Below, in pieces: positions 50,257 through 63,400 of a DNA stretch of 64,000 bases. The translations under genes were made by a program, and so were the position numbers. The notes under the pieces are model-generated. The model saw nothing but the letters and a program-made list of their open reading frames with translations, was not told the DNA's origin and did not search any database. Every line of letters starts with the position of its first letter. Position 1 is the stretch's first letter. The stretch comes from Octopus vulgaris (Eukaryota): assembly GCA_951406725.2 (NCBI GenBank), contig OX597816.1, forward strand, positions 48,360,001 through 48,424,000, written 5' to 3'.

Positions 50257-50388
50257 AGAAATTAGGATGGTAAAGGAATAAACGATTATGCTATAAACTT
50301 CATTAGCTTACAGCTGTTTCTGCAGAAATAGCTGTAAGCTGATGAAGTTCATAACAAAATTGTTTATTCCTTTGTCATCCTAATTTCT
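50257..50388. repeat. 132-bp ungapped palindrome centred on CTGCAG
   Basis: 66-bp arms with 8 differences counted by eye; each arm carries GAAAYAGCTGTA next to the centre. Confidence 0.9.
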
Positions 50389-51951
50389 TGTCACTACTCT
50401 TTACTTGACCAATGCTTCATTCTGATGCAAATGTACACTGAGCATATTAGTGTTGCAATACCTAAGTGAAATATTAAAATATGTATTTATTTATGTGTGT
50501 TTTTGTGCTTGAGTTCACATTTCCTTCATTTGCATATCTTCACTTGCTGATAGTTAACAGTGGCTTTAGTAACAGCGTCAATTGCTTGCAGTTCACCATG
50601 AAGTTATATCTGGGTTTCTTGATGTCTTGACATCTTGTGTGATCTTTGTAAACTTAAAAAGCTCATTCAGTTGGTGTCATTTGTTTCCAGTTCTCAACCT
50701 AAGCATGTCTGGACTTTTGGCATTTGATAGCCTTGGAGATTATTACTCCCTTTGGAAGCATGTAGGGGCTGATGGCAGGATAACCATCCATTTGAGAAAA
50801 AATTCTGTCCTAGTAATCTACCACCTGACCCATGGAAAAGTAGATATTAAAGTGATGTTTTTGATGATGATGGTGATGATTTTGAGTGAAAGAAACTGGT
50901 TTTCTTCTGTTGCAGCTGTTAATACTTAAATGAATATAATTAAGAGTTTGTATAGTCATGTCATTGGAGAGTTTGAATTTGTTACATTAAGTTTGTTATA
51001 CCTGATAACAAACTGAAGCTACTTATATAAAAGTGACATTAGTGTTATTGTTGTAGTTGTTGTTGTTGTTGTTGTCAGTGGTGGTACATGTGGTGGTTAT
51101 GGTGGCGGGGAGAATTGTTGATAAAGATAAATGCACATATCATCACTTTCTTGGAAAAAAAAATGTGTATTTGTACAGTTAAGTGTGGAGTGATAGGAGA
51201 AAAATGATAAAATAAAATAAATATTAGCAGTTTCTTGAGTTTTTGGTTTTTTGTTTCAGTTTGTGTTGTATTGAAATATTGTTTGTGTTACCTCTGTGAC
51301 AAATAATGAAACAACTCGTTTATATTTTTATATTCCTTGAAAGCTAGAAGAAACCAGAAATGATTATTTTATAAAAAATTCTTGCTTTAGGAAACATCAG
51401 TCCATAACCTTGACAGCTTCTTGTCAATGTAGAAGTGTGTTAAATCAAAACTGAACTTTCTGTTATATGACAAAAATATATCTTTATATTATTTTCGTGA
51501 TAGCAAATTTTTTTTTTTTTTTTCACCCTGCTAGCACTGGAAAGTGATTTTGTTTATGCTTTTGCAAAAATAACTTGAATGGTAAATTTGGTATCTAGGT
51601 TAGATGTCAAAAAAGTAGGTAACTAAATAAAAAAATATTAAGTACTGGGGTTGATCATTCAACAAGGCTGTACCCCAGCATGGCCACAGTCTAATGACTA
51701 AAACAAGTAAACGATAAAAGACAAGCAATATTATTTTTAGCTTTATTTAATTCATAATAATGGGTCCATTGTTTTCTCATCTTTGAATTACAAGCATTTG
51801 ATATTTGCACCGATATGACTCAATAATTAAATGACCCTAGCTTTTTTTTTACAGCTCAGAGTTTAAACTCATGAATGTTGTTGCTTTTACAATTTACTCA
51901 AACGTATCTTGTCCCTAAATAATAATAATAATAATGATAATAATAATAATA

Positions 51952-51989
<38 letters not shown>

Positions 51990-51990
<1 letters not shown>

Positions 51991-52544
51991 GCCCTGATGC
52001 AGTACCAGGCAGTGGCTCTCATGGCTTCTGATCTTAACTGATTGGAAGTGTTATCATGTACATTGTTTTGTCTTGGTATAAAAGATGGGCTACAGCAAAT
52101 ATTCTGCTCAATACCACAGATTTGCTTGTCAGTTGTTTGACCTTAACCAGTTGAGCATGTCCCTTAGTGGCTGACGATATGTGCATCTCTGATCATGAGC
52201 AGAAGTAGTGGGGGAGCATCATAGCCATGTGTTGAGAGGGATTCTTTGGAGTTTGAATAGTTCACCTGTGGAAACATGGGTGGTTCTTTCAACATCCTTA
52301 AACAACCCTTATTCAGGGACCGTTTGAGCGGGATGGGCTACTCAACCTGAAGAAAATTCTAACTGGGCCCCACCTGCAAGGTCATGTGCTGTTTATCTTG
52401 ATATGAGATCACCATGTCGCGCACATATGGTTGTGATGCATGTGCCTGGTGTACCTTTATCAGACGGGTAGTCATGATGGGTATATTGGGCTTCGTATAT
52501 TTTACCCCAGTGTCACTTTGATGGCATGAACTGCTCTCTCACTC

Positions 52545-52545
<1 letters not shown>
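51990..52545. mobile_element. Unclassified ~555-bp interspersed element embedded in (AAT)n
   Basis: Sharp complex-sequence block between (AAT)n tracts; its left ~105 bp recur, diverged, at 52987-53093. Confidence 0.65.
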
Positions 52546-52579
<34 letters not shown>

Positions 52580-52614
52580 TATGATGATGATGATAATGAT
52601 GATAATAATAACAA

Positions 52615-52827
52615 TCTTATCTTCTATAGGCATGAGGCCTGAAATTTGTGGGGAAGGGACTAGTCAATTACATCAACCCCAGTGTTTCACTGGTACTTAA
52701 TTTATCAACACTGAAAGGATGAAAGGCAAAGCTGACCTCAGTGAAATTTGAACTCAGAATGTAGTGACAGATGAAATATTGCTAAGCATTTTGCCTGGTT
52801 TGCTAACAATTCTGCCAGCTCACTGCC

Positions 52828-52860
<33 letters not shown>

Positions 52861-52884
52861 TTAGTAATAATAATGATAATAATA

Positions 52885-52915
<31 letters not shown>

Positions 52916-52935
52916 TAGTAATAATAATAATAATA

Positions 52936-52982
<47 letters not shown>

Positions 52983-53690
52983 TAATACCCTGAAGCAGTA
53001 CCAGGCAGTGGCTCTCGTGGTTTCTCAACTTAACTGACTGGATGTGTTATCATGTACATTATTTTGTCTTGTTATTAAAGATGAGCTACAGCGATTTAGC
53101 GACCCTGAAAGGATGAAAGGCAAAGCTGACCTTGGTGGAATTTGAATGCAGAACGTAGCATCGGGTGAAATACTGCTAAACATCTTGCCCAACATGCTAA
53201 CAATTCTGCCAGCTCACTGCATTAATGATGATAATAATAATAACCCTTTCTACAAAAGGCACCAGGCTTGAAATTTGGGAGAGGGGAATAGTGGACCACA
53301 TTGACCCCAGTACATGACTGATACTTAATTAATCAACGCTGAAAGAATGAAAAGCAAAGTCAACCTTGGTAGCATTTCAGCTCAGAATGTAAAGACAGAT
53401 GGAATGCTGCTAAACATTTCACTCAGCATGCTAACGATTCTGCCAGCTTGCCGCCTTAATAATGGTAATTATGGTTTCAAATTTTGCCAGAAGAGCAGCA
53501 GTTTTGGGGGAGGGGATGAGTCAGTTACATTGACCCCAATGTTCAACTGGTATTTATTTTATTGATCCTGAAAGGATGAAAGGCAAAGTTGACCTTAGCA
53601 GAATTTGAACTCAGAATATAGTGATGGGCAAAATACCGCAAAGTATTTTGTTCAGTATACTAACAATTCTACCAGATTGCTACCTTCATA
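52615..53690 (-). mobile_element. Tandem cluster of four SINE B copies in (AAT)n
   Basis: As above. Confidence 0.85.
52830..52987. repeat. (AAT)n microsatellite
   Basis: Direct inspection. Confidence 0.95.
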
Positions 53691-53705
53691 ATAATAATGA
53701 TGATA

Positions 53706-53709
<4 letters not shown>

Positions 53710-53740
<31 letters not shown>

Positions 53741-54187
53741 AATAATAATAATGATAATAATAATGATAATACTCTTTTACTCTTTTACTTGTTTCAGTCA
53801 TTTGACTGTGGTCATACTGGAGCACCGCCTTTAGTTGAGCAAATCGATTCCAGGACTTATTCTTTGTAAGCCTAGTACTTATACTATTGGTCTCTTTTGC
53901 CGAACCGCTAAGTTACGGTGATGTAAACACACCAGCATCGGTTGTCAAGTGATGTTGTGGGAACAAACACAAACATACACACACACACACACACAAATAT
54001 ATATATATATACACACATATATATGATGGGCTTCTTTCAGTTTCCGTCTACCAAATCCACTCACAAGGCTTTGGTTAGCCTGTGGCTATAGTAGAAGACA
54101 CTTGCCCAAGATGCCACGCAGTGGGACTGAACGCAGAACCATGTGGTTGGTAAACAAGCTACTTACCTCACAGATACTCCTACGCCT
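53710..54187 (-). mobile_element. SINE family A
   Basis: Full-length reverse copy. Confidence 0.9.
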
Positions 54188-54627
54188 ATAATAATAATAA
54201 TAATAATGATGATGATGATGATATGATGATTTCTTTTATTTGCCACCAGGGTGATGGATGAGGATAATAATCGATAAAAAAAGAAGTGCATGATATGATT
54301 GTAATAGAGATTGACTCTGTCTACTGAATTGAATGATATTTCAAAATGCAAACTGAAAAAATATGTGGAATTACAGAAATTCCAAATTTGAACTAGAATA
54401 TCCTGCCTTCCTTTTTTAGACAAAAGTGATGTCGTTATTTTTCACTTTTTCATTTTGAATTTGAGAAAGACAAACATACTGTTGAAATATCTGTTCAATT
54501 CAATAAAGTCCTTCTCTATTTATTACAAATTGTATTGAGCTCGTCTTACTGTGTGTTTACCTTGTGAAGAATTGCATCAATCTTCATAAATTAATAATGA
54601 TGATAATAGTAACCACAACAACAATAC

Positions 54628-55607
54628 TCCTTTCTAGTATAGGCACAAGGCATGAAATTTTGGTGGAGGGGACCAGTCAATTAGCTTGATCCCAGTATGC
54701 AACTGGTACTTAATTCATTGACCCTGAAAGGATGAAAGGCAATGTCAAACTTATTTCTTTACTGCCCACAAGGGGCTACACACAGGGGATAAACACAGAC
54801 AGACAAACGGATTAAGTCGATTATATTGACCCCAGTGCGTAACTGGTACTTATTTAATCGACCCCGAAAGGAGGAAAGGCAAAGTCAACCTTGGCAGAAT
54901 TTGAACTCAGAACGTAGTGGCAGATGAAATACTGCTAAGCATTTTGCCTGGTGTCCTAATGATTCTGGCAGCTCGCCACCTTCAACAACAACAATAAAAA
55001 TAATGATAATAATTCTTTCTACTAATGAAACAAGGTCTGAGATTTGAGTGAGGGAACTAGTGAATTAGATCAACCCCAGTGTTTTGCTGATGCTTAATTT
55101 ATTAGCACTTGAAAGGCTGAAAGGCAAAGTTGACCTCGGCGAAATTTGAGCTCAGAACCTAGTGACAGGCGAAATACTGCTAAGCATTTTGTCTAGCATG
55201 CTAACAATTCTGCCAGCTCACTTCCTTAAGAATAATAATTATAATAATAATGGTTTCAAATTTTGGCACAAGACCAGTTATTTCTGGGGAGTGAGGGTGG
55301 TAAGACGATTACATGAACTCCATTTATCAACTGGTACTTATTTTATCAAACTTGAAAGGATGAAGGGCAATAATAATAAAAATGGTTTCAAATTTTGCCA
55401 CAAGGTCAGCAGTTTTTGGGGAGGGTATGAGTTGATTACATCGACCCCCCCTCCCCCAGTGTTCAACTGGTACTTATTTCATTGGCTCCGAAAGGATGAA
55501 AGGTAAAGTACATCTTGACGGAATTTGAATTGAGAACATAAAGACAGACGAAATGCTGCTAAGTATTTTCCCTGGTAAGCTAATGATTCTGCCAGCTCAC
55601 TGCCCTT
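54628..55607 (-). mobile_element. Tandem cluster of about five SINE B copies or fragments
   Basis: As above. Confidence 0.85.
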
Positions 55608-55883
55608 AGAATTATATTGATAATAATAATTATTATGATTTCATTTATTTTTCACCAAGATGAAGGATATGGGGGACAGTGCAAAATAGACATAAAGTCT
55701 AGGGATTTACATATATATTGAAATGGTAAAATAAATAGATTAATAATAATAATAATAATAATAATAATGAATAAGTATATACGGTAGACAGTGAAAAGGC
55801 AGGGAAATATACATAGTATACAATGATGGTTAACTAAAAAAAAGTTGGGGGGATGATAGAGATGTAGTAACAATAGCAACTTA

Positions 55884-57281
55884 AATTCTTCATTCAAAAA
55901 CTTGACTGTAAGCAATATCCTTTAGCATAAGCCCAAATGATAAAGAATGTGTTGCCTTAATAGCCAAAGAATCACTGATTTGTGTCCTCTCTCTGGTGCT
56001 GTGCAGTATAATGTTTAATGTGACAAAGACAATAATCAATGGCCCAGACGAGATGTCTGTAAATAGATACCATAAGGAAGAGTAGAATCTGCAGCTGCAA
56101 ACAGCAGGAACATCACGTAACTGATGTAATTTTGCAGTAGGTAGCTGTACTGATATCAGCCTGCCATAAACCACAAACGAAACGAGCTATCAAGGAAGTC
56201 TCAAAATAGTTGCTCAGTCAGAAAACAAAAGCAGACAGATCTCTAATGTTCCCCCCATGACCCTCCTCCCCGACTCCCACGTCAACAAAAACCTTTGTAT
56301 GTACTTGATTCATGCCTTATCCAATGTGAGAGGTGGCTTTACTATTTTTAAAACCTGGAATAAATTCCAGCTCCCATTATGACTATCAAATCATATGATA
56401 AAAAATGTTAATTAACAATCAAATTTCTCAAAAGAACAACAAAAATTCAAAGAACATTTTCTTTCTTCTTTTTAGTATTTAAGTATTTATCCAGTCATAA
56501 GCTTCAATGTTTATTTTCTATTTTTTTCTTTTGTGTAACTTCACCATTCCAACAGCAAAGGTATGATATGATTAATGTCTGCAAAATAATGACAAAGTCT
56601 ACCTTGACAAACATGATACCTTAGCATTCCATCAGTTGTAGAAAAGAGGTGGTTCACTTAAGTTATTTCACAAGTGATGCATCCGACTCATGAAACAGCA
56701 AAAACTTCTTACAAAATATCCAAACTAGAATCTGTTAACACAGGAGGTTGTTGGCACAAAAAACAACCAACCAATACACAAACCGTCTTACTAAAATATT
56801 CATAGAAAATAAAATTCAGAACACCCTGTTCATAAACTGAAATGCTCCCCTCTTTCTCTCTCAGTCAAGATAGGACTTGAGTTAAGTGCACACAGTGTGT
56901 TTGGTTGCAAGTATGGGGGTGTTTAAAGGAATTGTCTGGTTTTTGCCTTCTGGTTATGCAACTATTTAGTGACTTCCTTGATGGCTTGTTTTGGTTTTGG
57001 CTTTGTGGCAGGATGAATAGTACAGCAAATTACTGTTAATTACATTAGTTATCTCATGTTCCTGCTGCAGACTCTCCCTTTTTTTATGGTATCTATTTAC
57101 AGACATGTAGTCTGAGCCATTGATAACTGTCTTTGTCACATTATACTGCATAGCATCATTGAAATTATGCCAATCAGTGATTCTTTGGCTATTAAGGTAA
57201 CACATTCTGTATCACTGTGGTCATGCTGTCATTCTGTGTGAAGGCATAATACTCACAGTCAAGTCTTTTGAATGAAGAATT
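55884..57281. repeat. Large diverged inverted repeat (arms ~350-450 bp)
   Basis: 55884-56238 is the reverse complement of 56932-57281. Shared blocks: aatcagtgattctttggctattaagg, ttatggtatctatttacagacat, gacttccttgat, cagtcaagt..tttgaatgaagaatt. Confidence 0.85.
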
Positions 57282-57297
57282 ATTATTATTATTATTA

Positions 57298-57366
<69 letters not shown>

Positions 57367-57379
57367 CTTTTTCTTTTTC

Positions 57380-57797
57380 TTCTTTCAAATTTGCTTCCAT
57401 TTCTTGCCGAGTGTCTTCCCGACTCCTAGGGCAAAGAAACTCATAGTATACATTGGTAGGCCATTAAACCAAACTCAGTAGTTCGTTAATTTTTTTTTTT
57501 TTCTTTTTAAAGTTAAATTAAAATACATGAGCAGCAACAGTTCTCACATCGACAATGCTCTTCTCAATACGTGTGATGTACCAGTTAAGACAATCTTTTG
57601 CACTTCTTGCAGGGATGGTAAGCCAGGGATCATTCTCATATAATTTTCGGTTCCCTTCTTGATCATTCCTAGTGCTCCTACGATCACTGGTATTGTAACC
57701 GCCTTGAGATGCCACATTTTCTCAATTTCAATGAGTAGGTCTTTATATTTTCTGAGCTTGTCAAACTCTTTCGCTGAGATATTATGATCACAGGGGA

Positions 57798-57799
<2 letters not shown>
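57380..57799 (-). mobile_element. Second, near-identical 5'-truncated R4/Dong copy
   Basis: Same REL C-terminus and 3' UTR as 14455-14880; long (ATT)n on both sides. Confidence 0.9.
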
Positions 57800-57849
<50 letters not shown>

Positions 57850-57859
57850 CATTGTTATT

Positions 57860-58048
57860 AAGAATTGTTAGCATGATGGGCAAAATGCTTAGTCAGTCCT
57901 TACGTTCTGAGTTCAAATTCTACCAAGTTCGACTTTGCCTTTCATTTTTTCGGGGTCAATAAAATAAGTACCAGTTGGCTACTAGGGTCAGTGTAATCAA
58001 CTATCTCCCTCCCCCCAATTTGGGGCCTTGTCCCTATAGTAGAAAGGA
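57860..58048 (+). mobile_element. SINE family B
   Basis: gttctgagttcaaattc..ctttgcctttcat..ggggtcaataaaataagtacc. Confidence 0.8.
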
Positions 58049-58074
58049 TTATTATCATTACTGTTATTCTTGTT

Positions 58075-58720
58075 TGCTCAGTTACTAATGCTTGTGGCAC
58101 ATTATGGATTTAGCTGTTCACTACCAGTGAACTTGGGGTAACACCCCATATTTTACAAGCACTCCTCAGAACAGTCGAGCTGTACCAAGTAGTGCTGTTT
58201 TTTACAAGTGCTCAACCCACATTGCAACCCCTCTTAATCCAATGTACTGTTCATGATCTTTACTTATTGTTCCTAAGGCTCCAAAAACTATTGGTATTAC
58301 TACCACCTTTTTCATCGACCACAAGAGTTTAATCTTGCTAACCTATCATATCTATAATCCATTTTCCTTCTTTATCACATACCTTGTTGTCAGCTGGACA
58401 TGCTATATCTATGATCCAGTGCTGTTTGCTTTCTTTCTCAGTTGTCACTGTATTTGGTTTACTTTTCTTTGTTTCAAGGTCACACTGAATCATAAAGTCC
58501 CACAGGATCTTTGCAATATCATTTTTCATATCTTCGGTTATATGTCTATACCACTTTCCTGCTCTGTGAAGCCCGTACTTGTTGCAAAGTGCCCAGTGGA
58601 CTACCCTTGTTATGTTGTCATGTGACCACTTATATTCTTTCTGAGCTAGTGGTGTACATTGACTGGTAAGATGCCACAAAGTTATCCCATCCTCTCTGTG
58701 AATTCTGCACTTATCACATT
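58075..58720 (-). mobile_element. Older R4/Dong fragment (knuckle end plus REL)
   Basis: HLTSQCTPLAQKEYKWSHDNITRVVHWALC..KILWDFMIQCD..KPN..IIDIACPADN. Confidence 0.85.
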
Positions 58721-58934
58721 CTTTTTCTTCTTCTTCTTCTTCTTCTTCTTCTTCTTCTTCTTCTTCTTCTTCTTCTTCTTCCCTTCTCCCCCTCCTCCCC
58801 CTCCTTCTTCAGTAGTCATATTTTTATCACATGCTTTCACTGTACTATTGAATGCAGCTCTGTGTGCCTTGGGTATTTGCTGTGGTTTGTTGTGGTGCTC
58901 TTATTTTCACTGTGTTGAAAGTGTTTTACATAGG

Positions 58935-59230
58935 ATGCATACAGTGCCTAGTAGTATATACTTGTAAGTCCCCAAGTTTTTGTTACGTATTTTCTCAATG
59001 TGTTTTTTTTTATCATACCTAATGTGCCTACGATGATAGGAATTGTTTCTGTTTTTAGGCTCCATATTCGAGTTACCTCCATTTCCAGGTCTTTGTATTT
59101 TGAAAGTTTCTCCATTTCTTTTAGAGTAACATTGTCATCTATTGATATTGATACATCAATCAGAAAGCAGTTTTTTTCATGGTGATCTCTGACAACTATA
59201 TCTGGCCTATTCGCCTTAATTTCTCTATCT
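58935..59230 (-). mobile_element. R4/Dong REL fragment (third subfamily)
   Basis: Minus strand: IKANRPDIVVRDH..CFLIDVSI..KEMEKLSKYKDLEMEVTRIWSLKTETIPIIVGTLG. Confidence 0.8.
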
Positions 59231-59299
59231 CTCTGTCAGTCTATATTATTATTATTATTTCATGAAAATTCAGTTTATTTTGCTGTGTGAGGAAAAGTG

Positions 59300-59530
59300 T
59301 CAGCTGCCCAGGGCCAGCAGCCTAAGCTGACGCTTGTTTACTGATTTTGCTTCAAGAACCCTGAGGAGAACTCTTGCAGCTCCAAGTAATGATGATATTC
59401 TTAGGTGTTCTATTTTTATATTTGTAACAGTCTTTTTGAGCCACATTGATAGCTGAGTACTGATATTTCCAATTAAGCCAATCATTATTGGCATCACGTC
59501 CACTCTCTTCATTGCCCACAACATGCGTAT
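59300..59530 (-). mobile_element. Decayed R4/Dong C-terminal fragment
   Basis: LWAMKRVDVMPIMIGLIG..LLGAARVLLRVLE. Confidence 0.7.
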
Positions 59531-59894
59531 TTCCCACTTCAGTTTATCTCAGTGGGAAATATCCTTATTGTTGTTGTTGTTTTCATTATTATTATTATTA
59601 TTATTATTGTTATTATTATTATTATTATCATCATTTTTCTATAAGGGATGAGTATAATGAAATTAAGTTGTCTCTCCAGGGGAGGATTGTTTAGTTTCAC
59701 TCTTCATGGATTGTTGCAAATCTGATTCTGGTGAAATTTGAACTCAGATTAAGAATATATAAGTATAAAACTCATATTACATTTGTTAAGGGGGCAAAGC
59801 AAAAAAGAAAAAGAAATTATGAATTGCTTTGGGGATGTGAAAAGAGATACTATATGTAATTTTAGAAATATCCCAAATATATATATATATATAT

Positions 59895-59935
<41 letters not shown>

Positions 59936-59941
59936 TAGATA

Positions 59942-60232
59942 GGCTCACGCATAGTTGTGTTGTAAGAACCTTGCTTCCTAACTACATGGTTTCAGGTTCA
60001 GTTCTACTGCATGGTACCTTGGGCAAGTGTCTTTTACCATAGCCTCAGGCCGACCAAAAGCCTTGTGAGTAGATTTGATAGACAGAAACTGAAAGAAGCC
60101 CATCCTGCAGTTCGGCAAATGAGACTGATAGAATAAGTACTAGGATTGAGCTGTTCAACTAAAACCCTTTGGGGTGGTGCTCCAGAATGGCCACAGTCAA
60201 ATGACTGAAACAAGTAAAAGAATAAAAGAAAA
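59942..60232 (+). mobile_element. SINE family A lacking the central microsatellite block
   Basis: gaaagaagccc joined directly to gcagttcggcaaa. Confidence 0.8.
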
Positions 60233-60392
60233 TACTGTATTGTTAATCGTTTTGCATTTTCCTCCTGATGAGGAAGAAGTTTGCTACCCAACCACATGGC
60301 TCTGAGTTCTGTTCCTCTGTGTGATACATTGGACAAATATTTTTGAATGTATTTATGTAACAGAAACTGAAACAAACCTCTTATATATATAC

Positions 60393-60431
<39 letters not shown>

Positions 60432-60547
60432 AATCATCATTATTTAACATCTGCCTTCCATGCTGGCAGATGTTAAACAATGTGATTGCTATTTATAATT
60501 AAACACACATATACGCCATTATATGCACTTTTGTATTATTTTATATA

Positions 60548-60578
<31 letters not shown>

Positions 60579-61364
60579 ATGATTTTTTATAGTGTCAAAC
60601 TATATAGTGCAGTTACATATGTGTATCTGTTCAAGAATGCTCCAACCATGGCCATTCCATATTTTGAATGTACTTTCTCTCTACATTATCATGTGTTCAT
60701 TTTTTTTTTTTTACTTAAATTAAGAAAAACAGTGTGTGATAATGAGATATTTGGTGGCTATTTCTAACAGATCACTCAATCAGTCTTGTAGAGACTCCCT
60801 TGTCAGGTTGTCGTACAATTAGTTTTCCATTATGCTCCCGGTTTAAATTTGGATTTTCCAGTCTCCTTTACTTCATTTGCAAGTGTGCTGGTCACTTAGT
60901 GGCTTCTGAGGTATTTTTAGCTTGTACTTAATCTATATTTGGTGTGATTAAAATCATGTTAAGAATAAGACGACTGCATGACAAACCACCTTAGCTGGTT
61001 TGCTATCAAGTCTTCCTTATATGATTACTCCTTGATATACCATAAGCTCATTTACTGAATTGTTTCATTATTCATTTACATTTGATGCTAAGATAATTCT
61101 GCCGTTCTGCTGTTTCTTTTTGAGTTTTTTTTTTGTTTTTTTTTTTTTTTGGTGTGGGTGGGTTGGGGGTAGGGTGTTCTATTTTACTCTGTTTACTCTC
61201 CTTTTACAAGTAGATGGAATGTTTTTTCTGTCTTTTTTTTTTCTTTACTTCTGATATTTTTTTTGTTTATTTTTTCTCTCTTCCTTTCCTCATCTTAGAT
61301 GTTTCGAACTAGTGGTTTATTCCATTTCTAGATATAGGAGGACAGAAATGTGTGTGTATTTGTT

Positions 61365-61391
61365 TATATCATATACATACATGCGTATGTG

Positions 61392-61423
<32 letters not shown>

Positions 61424-61601
61424 CACATACATACGTATATATATATATAAATATGTATGTATGTCTGTATGAATGTATATATGTATATGTGTGTATATAT
61501 ATTATATATGTATATATATATATATATATATATAAATATGTATGTCTGTATGCATGTATATATGTATATATATATTTCTATGTCTATATATATATGTGTG
61601 T

Positions 61602-61642
<41 letters not shown>

Positions 61643-61785
61643 ATGTATGTATGTATATGTATGTATATATATATGTATGTATATATATAAATACATATAC
61701 ATATATGTTGATGTACATATACACATATACATAAACAACACACACACACGCACACATACATATATATACACACATATACATAGAT
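61365..61785. repeat. (TA)/(TG)/(CA) compound microsatellite
   Basis: Direct inspection. Confidence 0.95.
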
Positions 61786-62030
61786 ACAGTTAATGAATTA
61801 ATGGTACAGAACATATAACTAAGCAACTATCAGTGACATCTATTGATGATAAGGTCATTGATTTCTTTTTCCTTCTTCTTTTACTTGGTTTCCTTTATTT
61901 CCATGTAGCAAAGAAAATCTAATCACACATTTGCCATTGCAGTGTTAGTTATTTGACTCGTTCCATGTACCAGAGAGAGAGAACGAGAGAGAGAGACCAA
62001 GTGTGAGATATAAATAGATAGATATAGAGG

Positions 62031-62079
<49 letters not shown>

Positions 62080-62106
62080 GGAAATACAGACAAAGAGTGA
62101 GATATG

Positions 62107-62138
<32 letters not shown>

Positions 62139-62629
62139 TGTATGATGTGGGGTGGAGAGGAAGTGGTAAGGGTGGATGCATATTATGATCATTGCACTTC
62201 TGGAGGCAGTATTGGGTGTTTTCACTCAACAAAAGATTGATCAGTAAATCCAAAATCAAGTGGTTAGAATTGGATTCTAAGTACATATACTTATAATGTA
62301 TATATGTTGTTGTTGTTGTCGTTGCTGTGTTGTTGTTGTTGGTGGTGTCGTCGTTTTTTTTTTAAATATAAATTTTTGTTTTCTTTTTTAAATATAAATT
62401 CAGTAACCCTCTATTTTAATGGTGTATTGGAAATTTGGTTCCAGTAATAAAAGGTTTTCCTTTCCAGTTGGCAAATGGTAAATGTATCTGCACTGATATG
62501 CTTTCCCCATCGAATAGCATGAGCCATACACACATACACACACACACACACACACACATGCAGACATGCAATACATTTGTAAACAAATACAAATACATTT
62601 TGTATATATTCATGTAGCTTTTATAACTA

Positions 62630-63400
62630 AATAAATCTATAAATATACATACACATATATAAGTATATGTATGTATATATGGGAATATGCATATTTATAT
62701 ATATATATATACAAATATGCATATGCATATATATATATATATATATATATACATACACATACACACATATATGTATATAAATATGTATATATATCTATAT
62801 ATAAATATGTATACATATCTATATATTAATATATGTGTATATATATCTATATATAAATATATGCATACATATATATATATATTTATATATATATTTATAT
62901 GAATACGTATATATCTATATATATATAAATATGTATATCTATCTATCTATATATATATTTATATATATATGTATATATAAATATGTATATATGTATATTT
63001 ATAAATATATATATATATATGTGCATATTTATATATGTATGTATAAATATGCATATATATCTTGTATATTTATAAATATATATATGTATATCTATAAATA
63101 TATATATATGTGTATATTTATATATGCATGTATAAATATGCATATATATCTTATATATCTATATATATATACATGTATATATAAATATGTATATATATAT
63201 ATCTATACACCATTTATTGATCTATATCTATACATATATATAAATATGTATATATATCTATACATATCTATCTATCTATCTATCTATCTATATATATATA
63301 TATGTATATATATGTATATATCTATTCACATATATATATATATACATGCACACACACACATATATATATATATATGTATACATACATATATAAATGTATA
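62630..63400. repeat. ~770-bp degenerate (TA)n tract
   Basis: Direct inspection; recurrent tatataaatatg motif. Confidence 0.95.
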
